Below the pieces are notes generated by a model, which was given only the letters and a program-made list of their open reading frames with translations, had not been told where the DNA came from and made no database searches. Shown here piece after piece: positions 1 to 12,257 of a DNA stretch of 64,000 nucleotides; the stretch's first letter is position 1; each line of letters starts with the position of its first letter. The position numbers were made by a program, and so were the translations under genes. The stretch lies in NCBI GenBank assembly GCA_951406725.2, contig OX597816.1, forward strand, positions 21,700,001 through 21,764,000, in the 5' to 3' direction. Source of the stretch: Octopus vulgaris. Taxonomy: Eukaryota.

Positions 1-130
1 AATGTAGAGATAACAGCTAAACAAATTTTTAAATCAGACGATGTTGATTTTTATCAGTTCCAACATAAAACCCATGGTGCGTGCTGTCTGCTTCAAAAAA
101 TACGGCTATAATTGTGAAAACCCCGCCACA

Positions 131-174
131 CCATTCAGAAGATGAGAGCAAGAAATTTTCGTAAACGTTAATGG
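131..174 (+). ncRNA. degenerate minimal type I hammerhead ribozyme motif
   Basis: CCATT-CAGAAGA-T-GAGAG caagaaa TTTTC-GTAAA-CG-TT-AATGG. Helix I is CCATT/AATGG and helix III is palindromic ACGT. The core has U4A and an insertion in GAAA. Confidence 0.45.
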
Positions 175-352
175 CTCAAGTACTGTAATTAATTCAGACG
201 ATGTGTAAAATTCTAATAGGTTAATATGAAGAAACTTAAAAGGAAAAGACAGAAGTGTAACATCTGATAGAATCGTTGTTTAATATGGTAAATTTTGAAG
301 CAGAAAATGACCACCAAACGCTGTTCCCAAAAGAGATAAATGCTTGATTATA

Positions 353-1257
353 CAGGGTGGACCAAAATGATCTGACACATTTGGAGGCTTAATAAAAGCA
401 CAAAATAAGAATTAATGAAAAGAAAAATTGTATAGGAGTGGCTGTCTGGTAAGTAGCTTGCTAACCAACCACATGGTTCCGGGTTCAGTCCCACTGCGTG
501 GCATCTTGGGCAAGTGTCTTCTGCTATAGCCCCGGGCCGACCAATGCCTTGTGAGTGGATTTGGTAGACGGAAACTGAAAGAAGCCTGTCGTATATATCT
601 ATCTATATATATGTGTGTGTGTTTGTGTGTCTATCTTTGTCCCCCTAACATTGCTCGACAACCGATGCTGGTGTGTTTACGTCCCCGTCACTTAGCGGTT
701 CGGCAAAAGAGACCGATAGAATAAGTACTGGGCTTACAAAGAATAAGTCCCGGAGTCGATTTGCTCGACTAAAGGCGGTGCTCCAGCATGGCCGCAGTCA
801 AATGACTGAAACAAGTAAAAGAGTAAAAGAGTAAAAGAGAGTAAATGCTTCCCATCATTGTCAACACACTGTTGGAGACGTTCATGAAAGTTATCGATAA
901 ATCTATGCATCATTTCTCCTGGAATGTTTTCTATTTCTACACAATTTTTACGTTTTAATTCATCCATAGATCGAGGGTGATGACTGAATACTTTTGATTT
1001 CAAATATCCCCACAAGAAGAAATCCCATTTCACCATTCCAGAAGAAATGATCCATAGAGTTATCGATAACCTTCATGAATGTCTCCAACAATGTGTTGAC
1101 AATGATGGGAAGCATTTAGCTGATTTAATTTTTAAAACTTAATGGCATAAAATGGCATTATATGTACATTCAGAAAATAAAATTTTTCTTTTCATTATTT
1201 CTTATTTTGTGCTTTTATTAAGCCTCCTAAAGGGTCAGATCATTTTGGTCCGCCTTG
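353..1257. mobile_element. Tc1/mariner-derived fold-back MITE with very long inverted arms
   Basis: TA|CAGGGTGGACCAAAATGATCTGAC... pairs with ...GTCAGATCATTTTGGTCCGCCTTG|TA. The inverted match continues internally (844-927 vs 1034-1117). The minus-strand ORF has DFFLWGYLKSKVF...MDELKRK, typical of an IS630-Tc1-mariner transposase C-terminus. Confidence 0.85.
433..842 (+). mobile_element. tRNA-derived SINE family A, full length, young subfamily
   Basis: A/B-box-like head (GTGGCTGTCTGGTAAG...GGTTCAGTCCC), CORE-like CTTGGGCAAGT, internal (TA)/(TG) tract, and tail GGCGGTGCTCCAGCATGGCCGCAGTCAAATGACTGAAAC followed by (GTAAAAGA)n. Many copies in the window. Confidence 0.9.
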
Positions 1258-1309
1258 TATATGCCACGGTGTAAAGCTTGTACGCGTAATCGTGTTATAA
1301 ATACGAATG

Positions 1310-1676
1310 GAAGCACTCCGTCGGTAACGACGACGAGGATTCCGGTTGATCCGATCAACGGAACAGCCTGCTCGTGAAATTAACGTGTAAGTGGCTGAGC
1401 ACTCCACAGACACGTGTACCCTTAACGTAGTTCTCGGGGATATTCAGCGTGACGCAGAGAGTGACAAGGCCGGCCCTTTGAAATACAGGTACAACAGAAA
1501 CAGGAAGTAAGAGTGAGAGAAAGTTGTGGTGAAAGAGTACAGCAGGGATCACCACCATCCCTGCCGGAGCCTCGTGGAGCTTTAGGTGTTTTCGCTCAAT
1601 AAACACTCACAACGCCCGGTCTGGGAATCGAAACCGCGAGTCCGCTGCCCTAACCACTGGGCCATTGCGCCTCCAC
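1310..1676 (-). mobile_element. tRNA-derived SINE family C with perfect 12-bp TSD
   Basis: Minus-strand head GGAGGCGCAATGGCCCAGTGGTTAGGGCAGCGGACTC...GGTTTCGATTCCC. TSD TAAATACGAATG at 1298-1309 and 1677-1688. Confidence 0.9.
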
Positions 1677-1915
1677 TAAATACGAATGCTGTATTTTACG
1701 ACATATAAGACGCACTGTTCTCCACTCTAAATGCTTCAAGAAATTCGCTCGCAGTCCTGCATTCAAAGTTGGACCTCACATAAACTATAATACATCGAAA
1801 ATCATTTTTCTTGTGTGTGCGCTTCTGAATTTGGGACACGTTTTGTATGCCCGTGCCTGTTTTATGCCATCAAAAACGATACATATTCACGAATAGTAAT
1901 ACTCATATACTTATA

Positions 1916-2307
1916 CTAGCAGTATCGCCCGGCGTTGCTCGGGTTTGTAAGGGAAATAACTATACAGCATTTTTAGAGAGTTATAGCCAAAAAAAGCAAA
2001 GAAAATGCATTAAGAATGGAAAAAATATGATGGTAAATTTTTTTAAATCGTTGACTCATCGTAGACATTTTTAGAGAGTTACTTCCCTTTAAAAAAATAT
2101 GCATGAAAATGGAAAAAAATTATGGTAAATTATTTTTTAAATCGTAGACTCATCGTAGACGCGCGCTAATACGCAGAAGGGTTCGATATGAATCACGACT
2201 ATGAGATACCCGGTTTTGGTTAAACTGCACCGCAAAATGTGGGAGTAGTTAGGAATCTAAATCGAAGGGGACAGACACTCACACAACTACAGTTTTATAT
2301 ATAAAGA
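1916..2307 (-). mobile_element. non-autonomous Helitron
   Basis: On the minus strand it starts A|TCTTTATATATAAAAC and ends with a GC hairpin CCCGAGCAACGCCGGG followed by CTAG|T. Inserted between A and T with no TSD. Contains an internal ~100-bp duplication. Confidence 0.85.
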
Positions 2308-2785
2308 TATTCAACAGTAGCAGATACTGGCCTGGATTCAGATACATATACAAACACACGCGCACACACACCTACTTAGAAAATACACAAACACGGACAT
2401 GCAAGCACATGAATATGCTGGATACATACATACAGATGTACACACATACGTACATATATACATACATGCACATGCAGACATACATACACACATACATAAG
2501 TACATTCATGCATAGGTACGCACACATACACACACACTGACCCACACACATGCGCACAAACAAACAAACGGTAACGCAGTGTAAATAAAGGAGAGAGTCA
2601 AGACTATTGAAAAGGTTGCAAGACGCAACGAAAATTTTAGTAAATTAAAAATAAGAAATAAGCGGAAATTTTACAGGTGAGTGTGTTACATTATAAGGCA
2701 CAAAAAGAAAATTACTCTCCCCAGACACAACAGAATATGCTTCAACACACAAACTCATATAAAGAATCTTGCAAAAAAATAAAAA

Positions 2786-2853
<68 letters not shown>

Positions 2854-2990
2854 ATATATATATTATGTACATAAATACACACATACATACGTACATTCAT
2901 GCATAGGTACCCAGACATACACACACACTGACCCACACACATGTGCACAAAAAACAAACGTATGTGTGTGTGAGCGTGTGTTTGTATATG

Positions 2991-3036
2991 TATCTGAAGA
3001 ATGTCTAAGATGTGCTGACACGAAACGATCGTAGTG
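2991..3036 (+). ncRNA. minimal type I hammerhead motif in a Penelope-like fragment (to ~3140) abutting (TA)n
   Basis: TAT-CTGAAGA-A-TGTC...GACA-C-GAAA-CGATCG-TA-GTG. Intact core, helix II TGTC/GACA, palindromic helix III ACGATCGT, GUA cleavage triplet, weak helix I. Confidence 0.6.
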
Positions 3037-3137
3037 GTTATTCATATGTTAAATCTTAATTTATATAAATTATTTTATGTATTGGCTTAAGTCTTTCTTT
3101 GTTTGATTTACATAATAGTGGTTTTGTCTCTAATTTG

Positions 3138-3308
<171 letters not shown>

Positions 3309-3937
3309 GTATTCTCATTTATCTAAATGTATATAGGCATACATGAAAATATGTATGATTATATGGATGCCCATATGTATAAGAAGTCCGTATACAAATG
3401 CATGTACTCAGGCCAGCAGGAAGATACGTTGTGAGAATATAAGAGGCCGTACTTCTAAATATAGATTCAATCGATAATGAGTTTGCTTTCTGCTGACAGA
3501 TTTCGAATGCAAACTATCAAATAACTACATTGATACCCTCTGCTGCCACAATTAGATCGACTGACACCGAGTATTTAAATCCGTTCCCCCGCATTTTGTG
3601 ATCAATCAGCTAAAAGGTAACTAGTTTCTTGACCCAAAGAAAATAAGGGTATTCATAATGTGTGGCGAATGTTGTAGAAAAACTATAAGTGCATATATCT
3701 CGATACATACGTACGTGTATACATACGCATACACAAATATATATTTATGTATATACACATACACTCAATATGTGTACATACTATATATATACATATACTC
3801 ACAGATATATATTTTGCCTATGTGAGTTACAAATATTGTTATCTGTGGAGTAATATCTGTAGTAAAAAGGAATAAGCTGTCTTTGGCTGTTATTTCTAAA
3901 TTTTCGGTATGTGGTGAAGCAACCTGTTGCTTAAGCC

Positions 3938-3942
<5 letters not shown>

Positions 3943-4025
<83 letters not shown>

Positions 4026-4160
4026 GTATATATTTACACACACACAGACAAATATATATTTATGCATATATATATAGATATATACATATACACAATATAT
4101 GTACATACTATATTTATATACATATACATTCATGCATACATATATATTTACACACACGAC

Positions 4161-4215
<55 letters not shown>

Positions 4216-4364
4216 GTATATATGAATATATACATATAGAACACTTTTATGGGATATACATACACACATACACACGCACATTCTCTCTCTCCCTCTGTTT
4301 CTCCCTCTCACTCTAAATATATATATATGTGTATTTAATTATATACATACATATATATATATGC

Positions 4365-4422
<58 letters not shown>

Positions 4423-4842
4423 GCATATACATATATTCAGCTGCATACGTACATACATATATATTTGTGTGTATGCATACACATGTATGCAAACACTACA
4501 TATTGTGTGTGAATGCGTGTGTGTGTGTAGATGCACATTCACGCAGGCGTAAAGTAGATTCGTTTCTCATCTATTCTAGTTCAGACATATGTCTTGATGG
4601 TCATATTTCAAATGTCTGGACATTTTATAGTAAAAATAAGTAAAACTCATTGGTAGTTAGACAAGTTTCCCATATACGAATTGGCATTAATATATTCAGA
4701 CACAAAGGAACCAATCATTTGTAGACTACTTGGAAATTGATACAGCAAAAAAAAAAAAATCTGAAACTAAAAAAAGATAAATAAACGATAATATATAAGA
4801 TTTTCTCGCTCTTTCCCCTTTCTCCCAATGTAATTTAAACAC

Positions 4843-4878
<36 letters not shown>

Positions 4879-4888
4879 TCCATTATAC

Positions 4889-4919
<31 letters not shown>

Positions 4920-5012
4920 AATATATACACAGACAAACATATATATGCATATATATATGTAAGTATATATATGTATATATATATGCATATATATGTATAC
5001 ATATATATACAG

Positions 5013-5058
<46 letters not shown>

Positions 5059-5260
5059 ATAGATAAATAGATGTGTATAGATAGACAGATCTATAGATAG
5101 ATAGGTAGACTAAGATTGAACCCATATGAGACCATAGTTTATACATTCTCTCTCTCTCTCTCATTCCACCCTCTCTCTCTCTCTCTCTGAAACACACATT
5201 CATATACATAGATACATATATCAATATATAGGTACACACACACATATATATATCAATACT
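3943..5260. repeat. compound (TA)n/(CA)n/(CT)n microsatellite cluster
   Basis: Directly visible. Confidence 0.9.
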
Positions 5261-5312
5261 CCCACATTTATTCACATATACACACAGAGTATTTCTAATA
5301 TTGTTATTAAAT

Positions 5313-5432
5313 GAAATTCCGCCAAGGTCGACTTTGCCTTTCATCCTTACGGGATCAGTAAAGTTAATACCAGTTTCGACTAGCTCCTTCCCCCAAAATT
5401 TCGAGCCTTGTGCCTAAAGTAGAAAAGAATAT
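5313..5432 (+). mobile_element. SINE family B fragment
   Basis: AAATTCCGCCAAGGTCGACTTTGCCTTTCATCC...CCTTGTGCCTAAAGTAGAAA matches other family B copies. Confidence 0.75.
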
Positions 5433-5868
5433 TGCTATTAAATATATTTTCCTGAAACACTACTTTTGGTACTTAAATTTCCACCCCATGTATAACAAAA
5501 TATCATAATACCGCTTCAGAAATATCAGATGGCAACATGAACTACTATCTATGTTGCGTATAACTACCATTGAATGTGTTGTTAGAACATTTCTTGCGCA
5601 TTGTAATCTAAGTCATGATAAATCTCACGGCTATTTTGGGAGGCTAATTTCTCATAGACCAACCATACGTTGTGCATTTAGAAGACAGTGTTCTTATTGA
5701 AATATTGTCAAAATTAATCTGAGTTGTTTTGGGGATAAAAAGATGATTTGCGTTGGCTCAAACACTGTATAAAGCCGATCATTTCTAAGGAGACAACTGA
5801 ATCTATTTCCGTATAACTGGCTTTTTGGCTGTATAGATTTTTAAAAGAGCTTTGTAATTAGTTTAAAG

Positions 5869-6557
5869 CAGTGGTTCTTGAAAGTTTCAGGCTGTCGCCC
5901 CTTTGGTACATAGGCCAATTTTCTAGGGCCCCACCTCAACCTTACCACCACAAATACAGACCACTTTCTGCAGCAAATTCAAAACAGCTGTATTTCACAA
6001 ATAAAACTTAAACCTAATTAACCTACTTTTTACTTGTTTCAGTCATGTGACTGTGGCCCATGCTGGAGCACCGACTTTAGTCGAGCAAATCGACCCCAGG
6101 ACTTACTATTTGTAAGCCTAGTACTTATTCTATCGGTCTTTTTTGCCGAAACGCTAAGTTACGGGGACGTAAACACAGCAGCATCGGTTGTCAAGCGATG
6201 CTGGGGGACAAACGCAAACACACGAACATATACACACACATACATATAAATATATACATATATACGACGAGCTTCTTTCAGTTTCCGTCTACCAAGTCCA
6301 CTCACAAGGCATTGGTGGGCTCGAGGCTATAATAGAAGACACTTGCCCAAAGTGCCACACAGTGGGACTGAACCCGGAACCATGTGGTTGGTAAACAAGC
6401 TACTTATCACACAGCCACTCCTACGCCTATTAATATTTTTACTACAAGTATCATCCCATTTTGGCCACCCCATTATCATCCCAATTTTCTTCAACGCCCC
6501 GACCCTGGCTCTTTCCACTACCCCAGGGGGCAATGCAGCCCACTTTGAGAACCACTG
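5869..6557. mobile_element. hAT (Charlie-like) MITE with nested SINE A
   Basis: TIRs CAGTGGTTCTTGAA / TTGAGAACCACTG. 8-bp TSD GTTTAAAG (5861-5868) and GCTTAAAG (6558-6565). Confidence 0.8.
6027..6429 (-). mobile_element. SINE family A, full length
   Basis: Reverse complement of family A from head to tail. Confidence 0.9.
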
Positions 6558-6885
6558 GCTTAAAGCATTGTAACACGTAAATAAAATAACAAAAAGCGAA
6601 GGAAAGCTTTTAACAATTTCGAAACATGAAGTTGAATAAAACTTACATAGTCCAGGCTCAAAGGACTATCATCATAAGCAACAGGTTTAGAAATGTGAGG
6701 TTTTATCGTCCCTGCCATTTTGATAGACGGCTAGCTCTAAGTTAGTAGCATTGTTGGTACTGTCAAGCTACAGCTTGCCATCTACTACCGCACGAACTGC
6801 GATCTCTATGACTACCCACAACATCAATTTTGAGAAGCTGCTGCTGTATGGCATTCGCCTGACAAAGCGAGGGGTCACTGCCCAT

Positions 6886-6937
6886 TTGGTAGGATTTACA
6901 AAATGGTAGGATTTACAAAATGGTAGGTTTTACAAAA
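6886..6937. repeat. 17-bp tandem repeat x3
   Basis: TGGTAGGATTTACAAAA repeated three times with one mismatch. Confidence 0.85.
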
Positions 6938-7696
6938 ACTCACCTTCTTTAACCATATTCTTCTATTGATGAGTATTTGAGCTTGAAATATATAAACGTT
7001 GCTCAATTTCCCTTTCTGCATTCTTAAAAGGTCGCCTTCAATTTTGTGATTATTACAATTTCTACTACTTTAAACCGCTTTACTCGTATTTCTCCTTAAA
7101 GGAGACTTTTCAATATTTTGTTATATTTTTTTCATTTCTATATTGCTTTATTTTTCAGTTTTCGTAGTAAATATTTCACTTTAACACCTCTCTTCCATAT
7201 TAACTTGTTGAATTTACTAGCCATTGGATTACTTTATACAACTAATTTCACTTTATACAAATTAATTAACAACACTACTCATACAAATTAATCAAATTTT
7301 TCAAATTTGTAAATTTTCAACTAATCAATTTCTTAACAGTATCATACTAAATTATTATATCTAAATATTCATTTTCATAAAAAAATACTTAAATCTTAAA
7401 TTCAATTATAACTTTTGGAAGTTTTAATTTCATTTTTAATTGAGATACACATTATCAGTTATAATTTACATCTTTAAATTTTATTAACGTTAACGATATT
7501 ATATTTAATTGGCCCATACAGAGGTCAGCGTTTTTCTGTTTTATAACAATGTATTTTATTAAAATCCACTTCCAAATACATATTTGACCCCACAATCGGC
7601 CATAAAATATTTCAATGTATTATCCATATCTGAAACACAATCCAACGACCCTTTTATGTCTTAAAAACAGTGAAATCTATAATGTGGTCATAAAGA

Positions 7697-7739
7697 CGAA
7701 AAGTGAATGAAAACCCGTCATATATGTGTCTGAGTGCCT

Positions 7740-7826
<87 letters not shown>

Positions 7827-8037
7827 TGCGCCTTCGAGTCTGATCTTCCGTCGCCCCTTAACAAACAGTGTTGGTTTGTTTTCATCCCATTAACTAAGAG
7901 GATGTACACATGGGAACAATAAAACCAGTTCCAGACTTAAAAGTAGTTCTGAAGACTATTTGTCTAAAACACTTTAAGGCAGTGCTCCAGTATGACTACA
8001 GTTAAGTGATTGAAACGCGTAAACAATAAAAGAAAAA
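7697..8037 (+). mobile_element. old, diverged SINE A 3' half with expanded (GT)n
   Basis: Tail AAGGCAGTGCTCCAGTATGACTACAGTTAAGTGATTGAAAC; (GT)n at 7742-7822 lies at the family's internal microsatellite position. Confidence 0.65.
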
Positions 8038-8507
8038 GAAATCTAAAATGAATTTTTAAAAAATTACATTTCATACTAAGAAAGAGAAATGGTATCAGTG
8101 TATTCAAAATATTTCTCAACAACTCTAAAAGTAAATATTTAAACAGCCATCAAAACTAATATAAATTCTTTGTTGTTTACTAAACAAAAAAATGCTGACG
8201 TATCTACACAAGCAACCATTCCTACTTTCAAGATTTCTCTTCCATTATACTTCTTTAAATGACAGAGCGGCAATTATCCATTGACAGGTAATACTGGTTT
8301 TTACTTTACAGCTTGGGTATCTTCCAACGAACTGAAAAAAGTGCGCACCCTTTGCAGTCAGTTGTTTACTAACATCTATCAATTATTGTGGTTAATTGAC
8401 TCGATTTGACTCAATCATTCTTTATACGGTTTGTTTTAAAAAAGCAATTTTATATATATGTATCTATATATATATATAAGACAGGCGCTTGTATATACAT
8501 ATATATA

Positions 8508-8845
8508 TTTTTTCTCTCTAGTTACAGCTCATAGCTCCGGCCATGCTGATGCACCGCCGTTTTGCTACACTGTTGTTACTAAGAGCCTCCACTAATATGT
8601 GGCACTTGGTGAAGAATGGAAGTTGATATAGCTACCCTCATTTTCACTTCTTGCTGTCAGGAAGAATTCCAGCTATGATTTAAAAAACCCTAAATCTACT
8701 TTGTGCAAGTTCCTCTGACTCTTTGGGAGAATATTAAAACGCTGTGGGTCTTTGAAACACAGGCTGTTGCAGTAACTGGTCCTGAAGCGTGATGGCATTG
8801 CTGGGATCTTTGGCACTATGCAATGTCATCCCGTTCTGGCATTGG
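8508..8845 (-). mobile_element. 5'-truncated CR1/L2-group LINE 3' end (ORF2 C-terminus relic plus 3' tail)
   Basis: The minus strand translates NARTG*HCIVPKIPAMPSRFRTSYCNSLCFKDPQRFNILPKSQRNLHKVDLGFFKS*LEFFL, resembling the ...GPxLFNxLP..R...FK..LD.FL terminus of CR1/L2-group ORF2. Tail GGCGGTGCATCAGCATGGCCG. Confidence 0.75.
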
Positions 8846-8871
8846 TATATATATTATGTGTGTGTGTGTGT

Positions 8872-9137
8872 GGAAAAAAAAGTCAAGATAGAAAATGCTA
8901 AAATAATTTTATAAAAAACATTTCAGTATCGGTTTCAGTCATTGAAACTTATTCAACTGTAAGTATGGAAAACAATTAAACTTTGGAAAAATAAAAATAA
9001 AAGTTTTTTAAAAGAATATTTGCATAGTATTCAAATACAAGGGGCATGTTCCTTGTTTCTGCCTGTCTCTGTCTGTCTTGTTTACTCTTGTGGATTCGAT
9101 GTCATATATCAACTCGTGTGTTCCTTTTCAACCTTCT
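8872..9137 (-). mobile_element. Penelope-pLTR-like short element, family P1 (also 61152-61412, fragment 56800-56831), with degenerate HHR at 8924-8959
   Basis: About 250 bp of clear similarity to 61152-61412, flanked by microsatellites. The minus strand reads CAG-TTGAATA-AGTTTCAATGACT-GAAA-CCGA-TA-CTG. Confidence 0.65.
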
Positions 9138-9141
9138 GCAT

Positions 9142-9184
<43 letters not shown>

Positions 9185-9569
9185 CAAAGGTATACATGAG
9201 TACCTGCATCGCTAAAAATAGAAGTCAAAAATACTTCTATGAGACGGAATGGTAACAACATAAATACAGGCATGGCAGGAAAAAGTTCCAGTGAACAATA
9301 AAACCGTCTTATCTCGGCTAAGTTCAGTAAAAGCAATTCTGGTTAATTTTGATACTTAGGTTTCGAATTTAGCTCCAAGCAGTGCCTGATTCTCCTCGGT
9401 CAACGACTAATAAAATTTGTCTCCAAACACTTTTAAACAAACGCAATACGTGACATTATTTATAAGTAAATAAAAGTGTGATAGCATGATCAAAATACCA
9501 TCTCTAATGGCAAGCGAGTACCAGCCGCAGAGGCAAATAAATAAAACATGCATAGACATAAGACATGTG

Positions 9570-9612
<43 letters not shown>

Positions 9613-9616
<4 letters not shown>

Positions 9617-9900
9617 GTAAAATAACATGTGACAGTTATTCGGTAGCCAAGATAAAACTCTGAGTTTCAGATGCCGAGGTGGAAATCCACAACACCATCT
9701 CTTCAGTTATCTGGCCATCTGAAGAAGGGCTATGAAAAAAGACCGAAGAGATGGTGGTGTGGTTTTCCACCTCGGCATCCGAAACTCAGAGTTTTATTTT
9801 GGCTACCGAATAATTGTCACATTATTTTACAGATAAATTTCCTCTATTTACATAATATTGAGGTCTCTTTCTTTCTTTTGTTATCTTATCGTTTTTACCA
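9613..9900. mobile_element. Penelope-pLTR-like family P2 in inverted configuration with HHR motifs in both arms
   Basis: Arms ~9613-9706 and ~9743-9834 are inverted copies. Minus-strand HHR at 9650-9712: AGATAA-CTGAAGA-GATG...CATC-T-GAAA-CTCAGAG-TT-TTATCT. Embedded in (TA)n. Same family as 57432 and 60278. Confidence 0.75.
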
Positions 9901-9913
9901 ATATATATATATA

Positions 9914-9948
<35 letters not shown>

Positions 9949-9949
9949 T

Positions 9950-10163
9950 CTATTCTACTCTGGGAACAAGGCCCGAAATTTTAGTGGAGGGAACCAGTCG
10001 ATTAGATCGACCCCAGTACGCAATTGGTACGTAATTCATTGACTCCGAAAGAATGAAAGACAAAGTCGACCTCGGCGTAATTTGAACTCAGAACATAAAG
10101 AGTGATGAAATATTAATAAGCATTTCGCCCGGAGTGCTAACGTTTCTGCCAGATCCACCACCA
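9950..10163 (-). mobile_element. SINE family B
   Basis: Reverse complement of head CTGGCAGAAACGTTAGCAC, B-box GAGTTCAAATT, and central GTCGACTTTGTCTTTCATTC. Confidence 0.85.
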
Positions 10164-10174
10164 TGGCTCTACTT

Positions 10175-10575
10175 TAAGAGGATTTTGGTGAACGGATTAT
10201 TCTGAAGGGACTTTGGTCACCTGATTTATCACCACCAGACTTTTTTTTTCTGGGGATCAAGTAAAAGATCAGTGTACAAGAATCGCTCGAAAACCATTAA
10301 TGAACTAAAAGACGCAATCATAACCTTCACACGATCCATACCGTGTCAGACGCTCCACGATGTAATTCAAAGGTGTAATTCAAGATGTAATTCAAAACAT
10401 GTGTAGAAGAGTCAACTTATGTATTGAAAATAAAGGACGACACTTTTCAATACCTCTTATAAAGTTTTTTAAACTCTTATAAAGCCTAATAAATTCTTTT
10501 ATAGTGTTCTGCCATGTTATAAATATTTCTTTTGCAATACAATACTTACTGTGGAGAGACTTTTTGAACATCCTC
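10175..10575 (+). pseudogene. Tc1/mariner transposase C-terminal relic with right TIR
   Basis: Frameshifted translation EDFGERIILKGLWSPDLSPPDFFFWG..KRSVYKNRSKTINELKDAI...NMCRRVNLCIENKGRHF. Ends TTTTTGAACATCCTC|TA. Confidence 0.8.
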
Positions 10576-10701
10576 TATAAACACGTCATACATATGTATG
10601 TATATTTTATTAATTTAGCATATATTGCTGGTATTCGCTGCCAATAGTGATGGTATCTTGATAGTACTATCACTCTTATTTACTTATATACACACACACA
10701 C

Positions 10702-10776
<75 letters not shown>

Positions 10777-10780
<4 letters not shown>

Positions 10781-10841
10781 TGTAGGAGTGGCTCTGTGGT
10801 ATGTAGCTTGCTTACGAACCGCTTGGTTCTGGGTTCAGTCC
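10777..10841 (+). mobile_element. SINE A head fragment
   Basis: TAGGTGTAGGAGTGGCTCTGTGGTATGTAGCTTGCT...GGTTCAGTCC, then truncated. Confidence 0.75.
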
Positions 10842-10844
10842 AAT

Positions 10845-11110
10845 AAATATAGGGTAAAATCTTTATATGAATTTATCAAGTAGTCAGTTTGAAAACATTA
10901 TAAGGGAAAATTTATAATTATTCCCTTTAAATATATCTATTATATTAAGGGCACTTCTACACGTAAAGGCCTCAGGCTATGAGGGGCTTTTAAATTCAAA
11001 ACTACCATCATAACTACCATCATAGATATAAATAAATATTACGGTAGATTTTACTTTAAGATACCCTCACACCGTAAGGCATTTACGTGTAGAAGTGCCA
11101 TTATTATAAT
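10845..11110. repeat. short structured element with 18-bp inverted repeat, possibly related to the 545-bp unit
   Basis: GGCACTTCTACACGTAAA (10950-10967) pairs with TTTACGTGTAGAAGTGCC (11082-11099). Its start GGGTAAAAT...AATTTATCAAGT resembles GGGTAAAATT...AATTTCACCAAGT of the 545-bp unit. Confidence 0.5.
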
Positions 11111-11211
11111 ATATATATAGTTAATCCAAAAAGAAAAAAAAACACAACAACGCGAGGACGTGGAACAAATATAGTATTATTGGACGCCCAGGAAAGAAGG
11201 AAAGAAGGAGG

Positions 11212-11246
11212 GTTTAACGTTTCGAGCGGACCTCTTCTTCGGAAAC
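11212..11246 (-). ncRNA. minimal type I hammerhead motif within Penelope-like fragment 11117-11331
   Basis: GTTT-CCGAAGA-A-GAG gtccg CTC-GAAA-CG-TT-AAAC. Helices I and II present, helix III is palindromic ACGT, core is a U4C variant. Confidence 0.65.
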
Positions 11247-12257
11247 ATAGGAGAAGGAAAGATCCAGAGAAGGGAAGACAGAGGAAAAAAATCGCCAACG
11301 GTACACACGAGGTCACATTTTGGAAGACTGGATATATATGTATGTATGTATGTATATGTATATATATATGTATACCTACATACATACACACTCATATAAC
11401 GAGGATGTTAGAATTTAAGTTCATATTCATTTGAGCTCTACTCTGTGCTATTTACAGTGACCTTATTTTGCTCTCACCCTCTCTCTCTCTCTCACTCTCT
11501 TTCTCTCTCCAACACACGCCACACGCACGCACGCCACACGCACGCAAACACCCACACCCACACACATAGTTTAATCTATATATCATCCCGTGATTCACCT
11601 GTACACATCATCAGTGGTATTTCCAGGTGCATCACCAGATGATGTATGAACATGTACGCGTGGCGCGCGCGTGTATGTGTGCGTATGTTTGTATGTATGT
11701 GTGTATGTGTGTGTGTGTGTGCAGCCGTCATACGAATGCCTTCTCGTTAATAATTTCTCCTTAATTGAAACTATACTATTTGACACATAACTCCAAAGTC
11801 CCCCATCGCCTTACAGCAAAATATTACAGTAAACATCTACAATCGCTCTTTTCTATAACTGCTTTCAAATCGTTCAGGAAAAAGGCAAAAACCTATAACT
11901 ATGTGCAGGCGTGGCTGTGTGGTAAGAAGCTTGCTTCCCACTGCGCATGTCAGTATTTTTCGTAGTGCTGAAAGAAGTAGCCATGCAGGTGTAGAGCCGG
12001 CGAAATATTGATAGAAAAAGGATCTCAACTGTAAGGTAACACTTTTGTATTTTGGGTCCAGTAGAGGTTTGTTGTTTGCTATAATTATTTTTGTACAAAC
12101 AAGAAGTCCTCACTGGATTCTAAACTCTTGTCTGCCTACAGTTGGGAAAAAATTTCCCCATTGCCTTATAGCAGGATATTACAGCAAACATCTACAATCG
12201 TTCTTTTCTATAACAACTTCCAGATCGTTTAAAAAGAAGACAAAAGAACATATGTTC

